A DNA stretch of 23,732 nucleotides from Octopus sinensis (lineage: Eukaryota): assembly GCF_006345805.1 (NCBI RefSeq), contig NW_021836091.1:1-23732 (forward strand), read 5' to 3'. The position numbers and the translations under genes are program-made. The notes under the pieces are model-generated. The model was not told where the DNA came from. It saw nothing but the letters and a program-made list of their open reading frames with translations, and searched no databases. Of the stretch, positions 1-11,086 are shown piece by piece. Position 1 is the first letter of the stretch, and every line of letters begins with the position of its first letter.

Positions 1-262
1 CAGGTTCAAAACATTGATGTCCAGGTCGCAAAAGCAAAGTTTGAAGGGAGTGGTAGTCATTTCCTTTGATTTCTAGATAGAAGCAAATAGGAAATGACAC
101 TTACTGGCCAAAGACAAAAACAAAATTAAATTTTATTATACAGTGCTATAAGGCACCAATCAGAGCATTGTCACAATCGTTATTATTGTCAGTAAGCTCA
201 ATAAGCAGCCACTAATACCCTCGACAAAACCACCACTGAATAAAACTCTCAATAAGACCTCT

Positions 263-895
263 AATATCTATGACTCCCCAAATCACCTTCACTGGCGTCA
301 AGACTCTCAACATGACTATAGACCACTGCTATCACTAAGACTTCCCCCAATAAAGCCTGCAATATATTTAAGATTTAAAAACACCTCCATTAACGTCAAC
401 ATTCTCAACGAAACCTCTACAATCACTAGAACTCACTCTCAGCATCACCTTCAATATATTTAAGACTCCCAAGAACACTTCCATTGACGTGAAAACACTC
501 AGGAAGTCTACTACTATCACAAAGACTCATTCTCGTCAAGACCCTTGGTATATTTACGACTCTGAAGAACATTCACCGCCAACGTCAAACTCTCAATATG
601 ATCAATGCAATTGCTAAAACTCACCTTCAACAAGAGTACCACCGGAGCTAAGACACTCAATGAGACTTATGCTAACAATAACATTCAGACTCTCATCAAG
701 ACTATCACCACTAGAACAAGTAGCACCACCAACACCATTACAAACACAATCTGTACAACAAGCAGAATCACCACAAAGCTTCTCAACAAGACCTCGACTA
801 CTATAACTTAAAATAAGAAAATCACCAACCGTCACCAAAACTGTGAACAAAGCTACCACCATCACGACAATAACAAGCACTATTTCTTCAAACAT
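263..895 (+). repeat. Degenerate ~92-98 bp tandem repeat grading into Thr/Ser/Asn/Lys-rich low-complexity sequence
   Basis: Units start at about 263, 361, 453 and 548 with aatat(a/c)tt(t)a(a/c/t)gactc-like heads. They share an internal block (caccttcactggcgtcaagactctcaac / cacctccattaacgtcaacattctcaac / cacttccattgacgtgaaaacactcagg / cattcaccgccaacgtcaaactctcaat). ORF 605-811 is Thr-rich. Confidence 0.65.
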
Positions 896-1445
896 TGCTG
901 ATCATTATTACATGTACATAAAGATTCCTAAATAACATCCAATCAAAGCTGCAGTAACTTTGTCTTTTCCGAGTGAAGAGAAACTCAGCCGTATAACACA
1001 GCCTTGGCTATGTGATTAACGTAGGGCTTCCTTGGAACATTAGCTGCGATTGGTTGGGTCAAATAAAGATATCGTCGAAGCCATTCAATACTGGCAGGCA
1101 GGGAATAACTCAGTTATAATTAGACCAGTGCTTCGATCCCTTGTAGGCTAAGCTCAAATCGTGGCTCTGAAGAAGGCAACGGTAATTGATCTCAGTGTAT
1201 CATTACCAGAGGATGGACGTACTAGTCTTTCTTGAAATAATAACACCAATTAATCTCATTAGGAAAAGCCAAGCTTTCTCGCTATATTTACGAGTTATGC
1301 GCGCAAGAATAGACATTATGCGAAACAGTTATGGAGTGGCGTATCTCAACATGGATGCAACCGGAAAGCAGGAATTTGTTCAGAAAAAGTAAATAATACA
1401 TATAAATATATTCGTATACATACAAACGATAATACATGCATATTA

Positions 1446-1479
1446 AATATATATATATTTATGTGTATATATATATATA

Positions 1480-1531
<52 letters not shown>

Positions 1532-1623
1532 ATATATATATTATATCATTTTATATTATAAATATATATACAATCTTTTATAATACACACACACGCATAC
1601 ACACATACACACTATTTATGTTT

Positions 1624-1668
<45 letters not shown>

Positions 1669-1695
1669 TTTTTTCTTGTGTTTTCTTGTTTGGAT

Positions 1696-1738
<43 letters not shown>

Positions 1739-1740
1739 TA
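1446..1740. repeat. Interrupted (TA)n microsatellite tracts
   Basis: Direct reading; three TA tracts (about 1446-1565, 1620-1665, 1701-1740). Confidence 0.95.
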
Positions 1741-1949
1741 TGAATGCGTGTATGGGGAAAGGTTTCTATGCATATAATTAGATATTTGTGTTCATGTACA
1801 CGCTTATAGTTTTTAATGCTTTCTGTTGGATTTTTAATTTTAATATTAGTATATATGGTATATTACATATCTATGTAAATACAAGCACATAAATAGCGAA
1901 GGATGTGTTTACTTTCGGATATAATTATATAATGATTTTCGCGTACGAG

Positions 1950-1954
<5 letters not shown>

Positions 1955-1983
<29 letters not shown>

Positions 1984-2056
1984 TGTATGTATGTATGTAT
2001 GTATGTATGTATGCATGTATGTATGTATGTATGTATGTATGTATGTATGTATGTAT
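1955..2056. repeat. (TATG)n microsatellite
   Basis: Direct reading; explains the MYVC/HTYI pseudo-ORFs. Confidence 0.97.
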
Positions 2057-2387
2057 ATGTATATATATATGTGTGTTTATATATATATGACTCTATGTAT
2101 GTATACACGCATACATATATTATTACGCATGATCAAACACACACACTGACACGTGCGTGCATATTTGTAACTACGCAAATTTGTATTTATCGACGAACAA
2201 ATTTCTGACTATCTGCACGCGTGTTTGTGTATGTTTGTATATATATGTGTGTGTGGGAGGGGGTGTCTCTGAATATTATTTACGCATGCGTGCATATAAT
2301 AATCTAATCAGTGTTTCCTTGTATTTGTCTATGTATGTCAATTTGAGTATACTTATGCAAATATTCAGATGCTCTTTTACTGTCAGA

Positions 2388-2476
2388 TAGATATATATCG
2401 ATAGAAGATAGATAGATAGATAGATGATAGATAGATAGATAGATAGATAGATATAATAGATAGATAACAAACAGAC

Positions 2477-2538
<62 letters not shown>

Positions 2539-2611
2539 GATAGATAGATAATAGATAGATAGATAGATATAATAGATAGATAATGATAGTAGATAGATAG
2601 ATAGATATAGA
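2388..2611. repeat. (GATA)n microsatellite abutting the 3' end of the LINE
   Basis: Direct reading. Confidence 0.97.
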
Positions 2612-3843
2612 TATTTTCTTTATTAGCCACACAGGGCTGCCCACAGATAGAACAATTACAAGGTAGAGCTTTTTTTTGAAGGTTTTAAAAAAATAACTAA
2701 ATAAATAAATAAATAAATAAAAAAAAAATATAATAATAATAAGATAAAATAACAAATAAATAAATAAAAAAAAAGGGGGGGTCGATCAAATGGATCGTAA
2801 AAGGAAGAAAGAGGACAAAAAGGGGGGGGTTAAAAAAAAGGGGAGAGGAAAAAATTGATCAATAGGGATCGTTATCACAGAATTGTCAATATGAATGTAA
2901 AGGGGGGACAGGTGAGGTTTCCCGTGAAAGAAAAGCCTCACGGAAAAGACCACGGTAACCTCGGTCAATGAAAGTCACATGTTATATTTCTTTTTTTTTT
3001 TTGCATAAGCAAACTCTCTGTATTAATTCTTACGGTTCATAGAATCATAGTCAAGGTGGCTTCGTCATTCATACTGCCATCCTTGCTACATTCACCCATC
3101 TTTTTTAAAACATTCACTAGACAAAACTTTGCCTCTCTACTCTCACTTTCCTTTTCAAGTTTACTTGAAGAAGTTGATGAGAGATTGACCTAGAGGAAGT
3201 GTTTGTCTCTAATCCTTTCAGACGCGTCCACCAGATACATTCTTTCGCATAGCCACAAGTATGATAAAAATAGCTCTTCCTTCCCGTTTGAAGGAAGGAG
3301 GCGTGACGATATTAGATAGACTCGGCTGATAAACCGCACGTCCCAGTCACGTGACAGCAATCGTTCGACATAAGCCCACAGGTGTGAAATGCTGGACACT
3401 GCACGATGCGTGCAGAGCGGTTTCGTCGCTCTGCCCGATCTCCGGGCAGGTCGGCCCCGTGTTTCTCGAGCGCATGCCTATAGAGCTTATCCCGAACGGG
3501 TAGCGCTTCTCGGTAAGCACCGCCAGGCCAGGGATCTCTGGAAGTTGTCCATAGGTCCCGGGCCGAAGTCGTGGTTTGAAACAGGCGGGTCAGGTATTCC
3601 TCGTCGACGACGCCAGGTTTGCCCGAGCTCGTCGTCGTACCTCCCCTCCACTAATCCCCTATAGAATGCTTTGGTTGTGTTGAAGTCACTCAAGGTCGAC
3701 CCGGGACGGCAGAGTTCCTCGAGCACGCGACACTCGCGGTGCCATTCGCCCTTCTTCGGCCTCTTTTGATCCACGACTGAGTTCGGTCATGGACGAGTTG
3801 CGGGAATGCGTGCCTCACAAAACGGCGACCACACCTGTTCAAG
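2612..3843 (-). mobile_element. 5'-truncated L1/Tx1-clade non-LTR retrotransposon: ORF2 C-terminus (about 3037-3843, multiply frameshifted) plus putative 3' UTR (about 2612-3036)
   Basis: Minus-strand frames join into ...FVRHAFPQLV..QSWIK..KKGEWHRECRV...TTKAFYRGLVEGRYDDELG..LGVDDEEYLTRLFQT.FGPGPMDNFQRSLAWRC(YR)EALPVRDKLYRH...TCP(xx)GQSDETALHA(I)VQCP...AKECIWWTRLKGLETNT...KRKVRVERQ...RWVNVARMAV..NDEATLTMIL*. The W..C...LPVRDKL..C-x2-C-x8-H-x4-C pattern is the zf-RVT/zinc-knuckle region of L1/Tx1 ORF2 (second Cys eroded here). Much more GC-rich than the flanks. Assigning 2612-3036 as its 3' UTR is inference. Confidence 0.85.
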
Positions 3844-3869
3844 ATAGATAGACAGACAGATAGATAGAT

Positions 3870-3965
<96 letters not shown>

Positions 3966-3967
3966 TA
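3844..3967. repeat. (GATA)n microsatellite abutting the 5' truncation point of the LINE
   Basis: Direct reading; starts immediately after ...cacctgttcaag. Confidence 0.97.
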
Positions 3968-4261
3968 GAAATATATACATATATATATTTATACAGACAC
4001 AAACACTCACACACATACACACATACATATGCTTGTGGGTATCTATGTATCTATGCATAAAAATATATAATGGATGTTTTATTATATGAACGTATATTAC
4101 CACATGTATATATGCAAGAATGGCCACATGTGTGCGTTTAATACGTAAGCATAAATATACGTTAATTTATTGTGTTTGAACATACTAGTGTTTGCATAAT
4201 GAATGTGCATGCTTATGTAATATTTACGAATATATACGCATGCACACATGCATACATATTA

Positions 4262-4271
4262 TGTATATACA

Positions 4272-4328
<57 letters not shown>

Positions 4329-4500
4329 TATATATTGTATGTATATATATATATATGTATATTATATATGTGTATATAATATATATATGTATATGTATAT
4401 GTATATATATATATAATATATATGTATGTATACATATATATATATCTACATTTATTATATATATATATATACATGTATACATATATACATATACATACAT
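4262..4500. repeat. Degenerate (TA)n/(TATG) microsatellite
   Basis: Direct reading. Confidence 0.95.
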
Positions 4501-5039
4501 ACACATTGCATGTATTTGTACTTAGATGTGCTTATGCACTGCGCTGTGTACATGCATATAATAAATCTATGCCAGCATTATTTAATATATAATACGTATT
4601 TAATTCTATCCTCCTACATAAACCCCACCTACATTATATCCATTATAAACACATCAACATGACGCCATGATTCTATTTTATCAGATATCCAGATATCCAA
4701 ATAGCCATGAACTACAATTCCACCATTTTCTTATTAAGCTGATAGAAATGACACTGCGATCTGCGTTTTTATTATTTAATATGTTCGCGATATATTGTTC
4801 TTTATCAAATACCTTTTATTATATGTTTGTCTGTATATCTTCGTGATATATCTACCAAATATCATAGCTAGATATGTTCGTGATATATCTATATGAAATA
4901 TCTTTATACGTCTTTATCAATCATCGTTATCAAGCACTTTATGATATGTATTTATTAGGTATTGTCAACTATTGAGATATAATTATTGACTATCTTCATA
5001 ACTTATCTCACATATGTCACGTGGTTGTACGTTCATTAG

Positions 5040-5280
5040 GTTGGTTTCCATGGCGTATAAGGCAACAAGAGTATAAACTTCACCCAAAGACGGGTCGCCA
5101 CTTCATCGCAAGGTCAACCTTCAGTTGTTGGTCTTACTCATTTTCGCTTGCATGGACTGGAGCAACGTGAATTTAAAGTGCTTTACTCCAGAACACACTG
5201 CGCAGTCAGGTTTGGGTATTAACACCACGACCTTATGATCCTGAATCTAACGCTATAACCACTAGACCACGAGACTTCGC
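5040..5280 (-). mobile_element. Degenerate tRNA-derived SINE
   Basis: Reverse complement begins gcgaagtctcgtggtctagtggttatagcgttagattcaggatcataaggtcgtggtgttaatacccaaacc (A-box-like and eroded B-box-like head). It continues gtgttctggagtaaagcactttaaattcacgttgctccagtcc..., a CORE-like body. Confidence 0.7.
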
Positions 5281-5321
5281 TGTCTCTGTCTGTCTGTCTG
5301 TTTGTCTCTGTCTCAGTCTCT

Positions 5322-5401
<80 letters not shown>

Positions 5402-5410
5402 TAGATATAT

Positions 5411-5446
<36 letters not shown>

Positions 5447-5540
5447 ATTTTGCATATGTATACATGTAAATATTTAAACACATGAATATATACTATATTA
5501 TATTATATATATAAACTTAGATAAATATATATATATATTA

Positions 5541-5571
<31 letters not shown>

Positions 5572-5890
5572 CGTATATGTGCACATATATGTCTATATTT
5601 GTAGATATATACATGTATAGATTGTATTATATACGTATGCATGTGTGTGCGCGTTGGCGCGTGTGTGTGTGCATAAATATATGCACACATACATACATAC
5701 ATATATATACACACATACATAAATATGTAAACACACATACACATATAAATGTTTGTATGTGTCTGTATACATGTGTGTCTGTGTGTGTGTATGCATGTAT
5801 GTATGTGTAAATATGTGTGCGAATTTGTGTGTGGTTATGTGTTTGTGTGTGTGTGTGTGTGTGTGTATGTGTGTGGTGTGTGTGTGGTGT
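5281..5890. repeat. Compound microsatellite region (CTGT)/(CT)n/(TA)n/(CA)/(GT)n
   Basis: Direct reading. Confidence 0.92.
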
Positions 5891-6244
5891 ATAATACCCT
5901 TATAGAGTGGCATTATCAAGCTTTTTATAATATGACTTTTATCAGCTATCTTTATGGGATAACTTTAAAGAATATTTTCATGAAAATAACTATATCAAGA
6001 AGCTTTATGCGATATCTTTATCAAATATCTTCATACGATCTCAACATCTTAATAACTTTATGAAATACTATCCTCTGTAACTTTAACATATGTTTTTATC
6101 TGATGTCTTCATGAGATAACTACTTCAGATATATTCCTGAGATATAGAATTATGAAATATATTTTTAAGAGTTAATGTCGGACTGCAGAAAAGAAAATAT
6201 TCCTATAACTTTTGTTTCTCACGTATTTGGTAGAATGGCTTGTT

Positions 6245-6352
6245 TTATATGTTATTGCCATGACAGGATGTGATACACAGACCAAGTAGCAAAATACACA
6301 AAAGAGCACAGAGTGCACGTGCCACAAATTCACAATGCTGCAAGATCTCCAT
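6245..6352 (-). other. Candidate signal-peptide-encoding exon or small ORF (MEILQHCEFVARALCALLCILLLGLCITSCHGNNI*)
   Basis: ATG at 6352 and TAA at 6245-6247. Hydrophobic core ALCALLCILLLGLCI followed by a small-residue cleavage-like region (TSCHG). Below the ORF track length cutoff; no homology support. Confidence 0.35.
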
Positions 6353-7110
6353 GAACGATTTCTATTAGCATTAGCGAATCATCGAAGACTGGGGTTAAAG
6401 ATTTGTAAAACTTCTGTCAATTTCTCCCCAGGTCTTTCTTTAAGTATCGACAGGGCACTTGGAGTTTTGTTAATGAAACCTTTTCGAATTCACATTTCTT
6501 TTCATTATCCTTCGAGTTTCATCATGTAAATATACAAACAAACCATTTATCGAGATAAATTTATTAGTTATTTCGATTTTCATGCATAGATACGTGGAAA
6601 TCCTAACAGCAACGGTACTTTTCTTCAAGATGAATTTTAAAAATAAATAATAAAATACTTCTAAAACACAAAGTGGATAACATTGACCTATAGTTTCACG
6701 GACTCCGTAAACAAGCTTCGAAAAACCCTGTTAATTGGACATGACAATTTTGTCTTCTTCAATAGAGAAGAAAAGAAGAGAAACTTCAGTCACTTAATAC
6801 GCGAAAAATCATTATCGCAAGTCACTGTCTTAAACATAAACACAACCCACACAAACACTTCAAATACCAGGCTCGCGATACAGCAGGATCTCACATGCGA
6901 CGCTCATCCCCAATGCGGCAAAGATCGTCATAAATACTGGCTTTCTCCTTCAGAGCAAGAGAACACTTCACCACTCCACCGCCAAAACTAATAACCCTCA
7001 ACAAAGCTCTGGTGATATCCAGAATGGTGTACTTACACCATATCTGAGCTGGTACTACTGTAACATACACAAACATTCGAAGCTGCATCGAAAGAAAATG
7101 GACTTACTCC

Positions 7111-7220
7111 AGCTTCAAACACATAGACTAACTGTCTGCTCCCTCTGTCTTTTCTACCGTTACATACAGCCTCAAACACACAGACTAACTGTCTGCTCCC
7201 TCTGCCTTTTCTACCGTTAC
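7111..7220 (+). repeat. 57-bp-period tandem duplication (2 copies)
   Basis: agcttcaaacacatagactaactgtctgctccctctgtcttttctaccgttac (7111-7163) vs agcctcaaacacacagactaactgtctgctccctctgccttttctaccgttac (7168-7220); 3 mismatches. Confidence 0.92.
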
Positions 7221-7613
7221 TTAAAGTAACCTCTGCTTCTCGGAGTTCGCTGCTTTCATTCTACCTTCACTCAGCACTTCAGACCTATTTGTCTCTCCAC
7301 TTCTGTCACTTATATTATTCCGCCACCTACAGTGCCCGAATGACTACTATGTCCATTTGTTCCTACCCTGAACGTCACCCCTTGGAGTTCCCACCTTGCA
7401 AGTGTTTGTTCCCCTCTTCCCAGCAACTGTTGGTTTGCAACTGTTCAAGATAAAATTAAAGGTATCACTTGCACCCCTTTTGAAGGGCCTGCGAAGTCCG
7501 TGGGTAAAGTCCCTTCACCAGACTAAACCAATGCAAAAGGAAACGTTCGTCAATTATATAGTGTTCCAGCTGCTTATAGTAGTAAACTGTATTTTTTTCT
7601 TGTGTCCTTGCAG

Positions 7614-7704
7614 TTAAATGGATTGGTCTATTAGATAAAAGCACAGTGAACATTGATACAGAGAATCACTGATGGTGTGTCGAGAAATGTCTACAATGGA
7701 ACCA
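7614..7704 (+). other. Candidate spliced exon (5' UTR plus start, MVCREMSTMEP| phase 0)
   Basis: Strong acceptor tttttttcttgtgtccttgcag ending 7613 and donor GTAAGT at 7705. All three frames have stops in the 5' part; ATG at 7672 is open to the donor. No product can be assigned. Confidence 0.45.
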
Positions 7705-9417
7705 GTAAGTCGACAGTGTATCAACTCAAGTCCTTATTATCAAATTCCAAGCCCTAAAATATTCCAAGTTACGTTAGCAGTCATTTTATTTTATTTTATT
7801 TTATTTTTTCCTTAGAAAGAATAAAATACAAGAAGTATATTTCCTTTTTATTTCGTTTTGAAGAGGTTAACAAGACGAAGAAGATATGTATATTTGAAAT
7901 ATATTCGAAAGTAGAAAGACCTTTAATATTAAAACCATTTCTGAGAGAGATTGTTATAGCTTTTGAACAGAAAGGAATTATATTGATCAGCATTTCTGAT
8001 CAACCATATCTCTACAAAGTTTTCTTTAACCTTTATTTCAGTCTTTTATCAAATACATGAACGGCAATTCCTTTAATGTATGCTATTCTCTGGCATTGCT
8101 TTTATACATTTTTCTTATTTCACGGCAGCATAAGTTTAAAAATACTTAAGGATAAAAATGATGTCATGTTAAATTTCATTTCAAAGCTTCTTAGCGTATT
8201 TATTTTCTATTCTCTGCTTGTTATTTGTATTTGAACATCACTTATCTTTCGTAATCTCTTTAATATTACCACAACAAAGGAATAAATGTCTTTAGTTGCC
8301 CGAGAAAGCGTCATGAGGACAAGATAATAAAACTTTTGTTGTTCTTATACGTCCAAGCATAAGTTACTGAGAGAGTAAAAACTGATTTTTGTTTTCAGCT
8401 GTGGTAAAGGAAAAAAAGTAGAATAATATTCTAATATTCATCATTAATTTTAAGGAATGTAGAACATAATCGATCAACAAACAGGAAATAACTTAGGATT
8501 AGACTAGAATTGATGCCCATCAAAAGGAATCTGGCAATATAATTTGAAGTTCATTCACTGAATGTAACGGTCCTAATTGCATATGAAAAGGACACAAGAA
8601 CACCGTATGAATATATATATTGATTTCTTACCAACAACCCTAACAATCGATAAACTATGATCTGTTTCATCAAAATTAAGATAACGAGAAAACTGTGGAG
8701 GTGAGTGAGGTAGTAGAACAACGTACTATCTGCGCTAGATTATTTAGTTTTTGTCCCTTTAGGTAATGTGTTCAAATTTTACCGTTGTTGAATTTACTTT
8801 TCATCCATCTGTGGTTTAATCATTATCCACCAGGACGATGTAGTAGTGTATTTAATAGAGCTAACCTTCTTTTGCAAAAATCGGTCTTATTGCAAAGTAG
8901 AGAAAGAGAAGGTTTTTAAAAGCTTGCTCGACACGTGAGCCATCACGATGTAAAGTCATAAAATAACTGCAGTACGGCCACTGCCAGAGTTTCACATGAT
9001 GCAGGAAATAATGCAGAAGTAACAATAAATTCGATTCAAACTGGAAATGTGTTGGAGAAAATAAATAAATAAATAAATAAAATAAGATGAGGTAGTTCTA
9101 TTTTAATTCATAAAGCGTTTCTAAATGTTAGTGATGTCAAGTTCGCGAAAGGTCGACAGAATTAACTATCCATTCTCTAACCAACCTTCCACCAAACCCA
9201 CATAAAAACAACGTTTTGTAAGAAATATCTTAGTATATTATCAACTAGAAACCACATTTTTTTCGTACGAGTGCATCGCATTTTGACAGCCATTTTAATG
9301 TAATTGTTGGTACTGTATATATGCATAAATGAATATATATACATGTACAATATGTGCACACAAATACAACACAACACATTCACAAAAGCATATACATATT
9401 TAGATCTAGATACACGT

Positions 9418-9434
9418 ATATATGTATATAATAT

Positions 9435-9477
<43 letters not shown>

Positions 9478-9905
9478 GTATAATATATATATGTATATAT
9501 ATATAATACTATATATATATATATATATAGATTAGATTAGATATATGCTTACATAAATTCATGCATTTATATGTGTTTATAAATATATGTATATATTCAC
9601 AATACACATACATATAAATGCATGCATGTGTGTGTATGTGTATGTATATGTATGTGTGGTGCGTCTTTGTATATAAATGTGTACATTTTCATTCAACACG
9701 TTCGTACACACACTATATATATATATATATATATATTATATATTATATATATATATAATATATATATATATATATGCATGTGTGTGTATGTGTGTGCGTG
9801 TTTAAGTATATGCATTTATATACATTTAAACATATATATATGCATGCACCCACACACGCACATATATTTGAATATGTAGACGTATGTATGTATGTATGTA
9901 TGTAT
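9418..9905. repeat. (TA)n, (TG) and (TATG)n microsatellite tracts
   Basis: Direct reading. Confidence 0.9.
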
Positions 9906-10209
9906 GACAATTGCTCATACAAACCCAGCTACGATGCACATGATGAACCCAGCGGATCAGACCTGATAATATCGTTTTTCCATTTTTCTTTGACTACATT
10001 CCTCGGTTGTACCCACTTCTCGTTTTTACTGTCCACCCAACCCTGCTACAAACCCGCAAGTTATTGATCTATGTAACATCAATATTGATTGCATACCATT
10101 TCTGGAATTGCAGAATCCTGTTTCGTCTTTGGACGGAACATAAATCAAACAAGATTGTTTGGTTCATTTCGTTATTTTTTCTTCCATTTTCATCTTTTAT
10201 GTATTTATT

Positions 10210-10300
10210 CGTGTGTGCGTGTGTGTGTGTGTGTGAGTGTGTGTGTGTGTGTGTTGTGTGCGTGTGTGTGTATGTGTGTGTGTATGTATTTGTGAGTGTG
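10210..10300. repeat. (GT)n microsatellite
   Basis: Direct reading. Confidence 0.95.
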
Positions 10301-10925
10301 TTTTGTTTCTTTTTCTATGAGAGAAACTTATAAATATCGATGTCTTTTTGCCTGTCACAAGGCACAAGGTATGTTACTGTAAAGGAGTGGGGCTATAATC
10401 GATTGCTGCAACTCAGATACGCTTCTCTTATCTCATACATACATAAATACATGCATACACACACGTACACCAAACACCACACACACACACACACACATGC
10501 ACAGGCTAAAGGGAGTGTGGTTTTGGCCGATGTAGTTTTATGTTATCGCTTTTTGAGAAAAGAGGGAAATGCAACACTCACTGCGAATTCCCAATGTCTC
10601 TCATAAAACCTTTTATAATACTCTTTGTTATTTCCGTAACTTGGTTTCGTACTTCCATCCAAGTATTTGCTCAGTTATTTTCAGTGGACCTCGCCGGAGC
10701 ATCTCACGGGATGTTTGTATCGGTGGTATTTGTCTGTTCTAAAACTGGAGGCTCAAAATGGGAGCCGTCAGTTGAATGTTGATTTTGTTTTTCCGTCTCA
10801 GATGATACCTATAATGTCCAGTATGGTTTATATTAAAACCTAGCAGTTATTAAAGAAACCACTGATACGTTAACCAAGTTACATCGTCAACAGATATGAG
10901 CACTGGCGCAAGAACGATTGCGTGG

Positions 10926-11076
10926 TTTGTCCTCTCTGTGTTTAGCCCCTTGTGGGTAGTAAAGAAATAGGTATTTCATCCGCCTTTACATTCTTAGTTC
11001 AAATTCCGCTGAGATCGACTTTGCCTTTCATCCTTTCGGGATCGGTAAAATTAGTACTAGTTACGCACTGGGGTCA
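10926..11076 (+). mobile_element. Doubly truncated SINE junction fragment (tail A joined to SINE body), near-copy of 12170-12320
   Basis: tttgtcctctctgtgtttagccccttgtgggtagtaaagaaata|ggtatttcatccgcctttacattc...ttacgcactggggtca. Confidence 0.9.
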
Positions 11077-11086
11077 CTACGATAAG

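Noticed and set aside
1-75. Possible minus-strand exon after ttgcttctatctag (EIKGNDYHSLQTLLLRPGHQCFEP or KSKEMTTTPFKLCFCDLDINVLNL)
   Set aside because: Two frames are open, it runs off the window edge, and there is no recognisable homology; it cannot be linked to the 6352 ORF.
614-895. Minus-strand 93-aa ORF with a hydrophobic N-terminus
   Set aside because: Antisense reading of the A/C-rich Thr-like repeat; the Val/Gly/Cys bias follows from composition.
3389-3664. Plus-strand 91-aa Arg-rich ORF
   Set aside because: Antisense to the GC-rich LINE ORF2.
10684-10850. GC-richer patch with open frames on both strands (including DVCIGGICLF, loosely ADAMTS-like)
   Set aside because: The motif is too short, ends in a stop, and no consistent splice-site pair singles out one frame.
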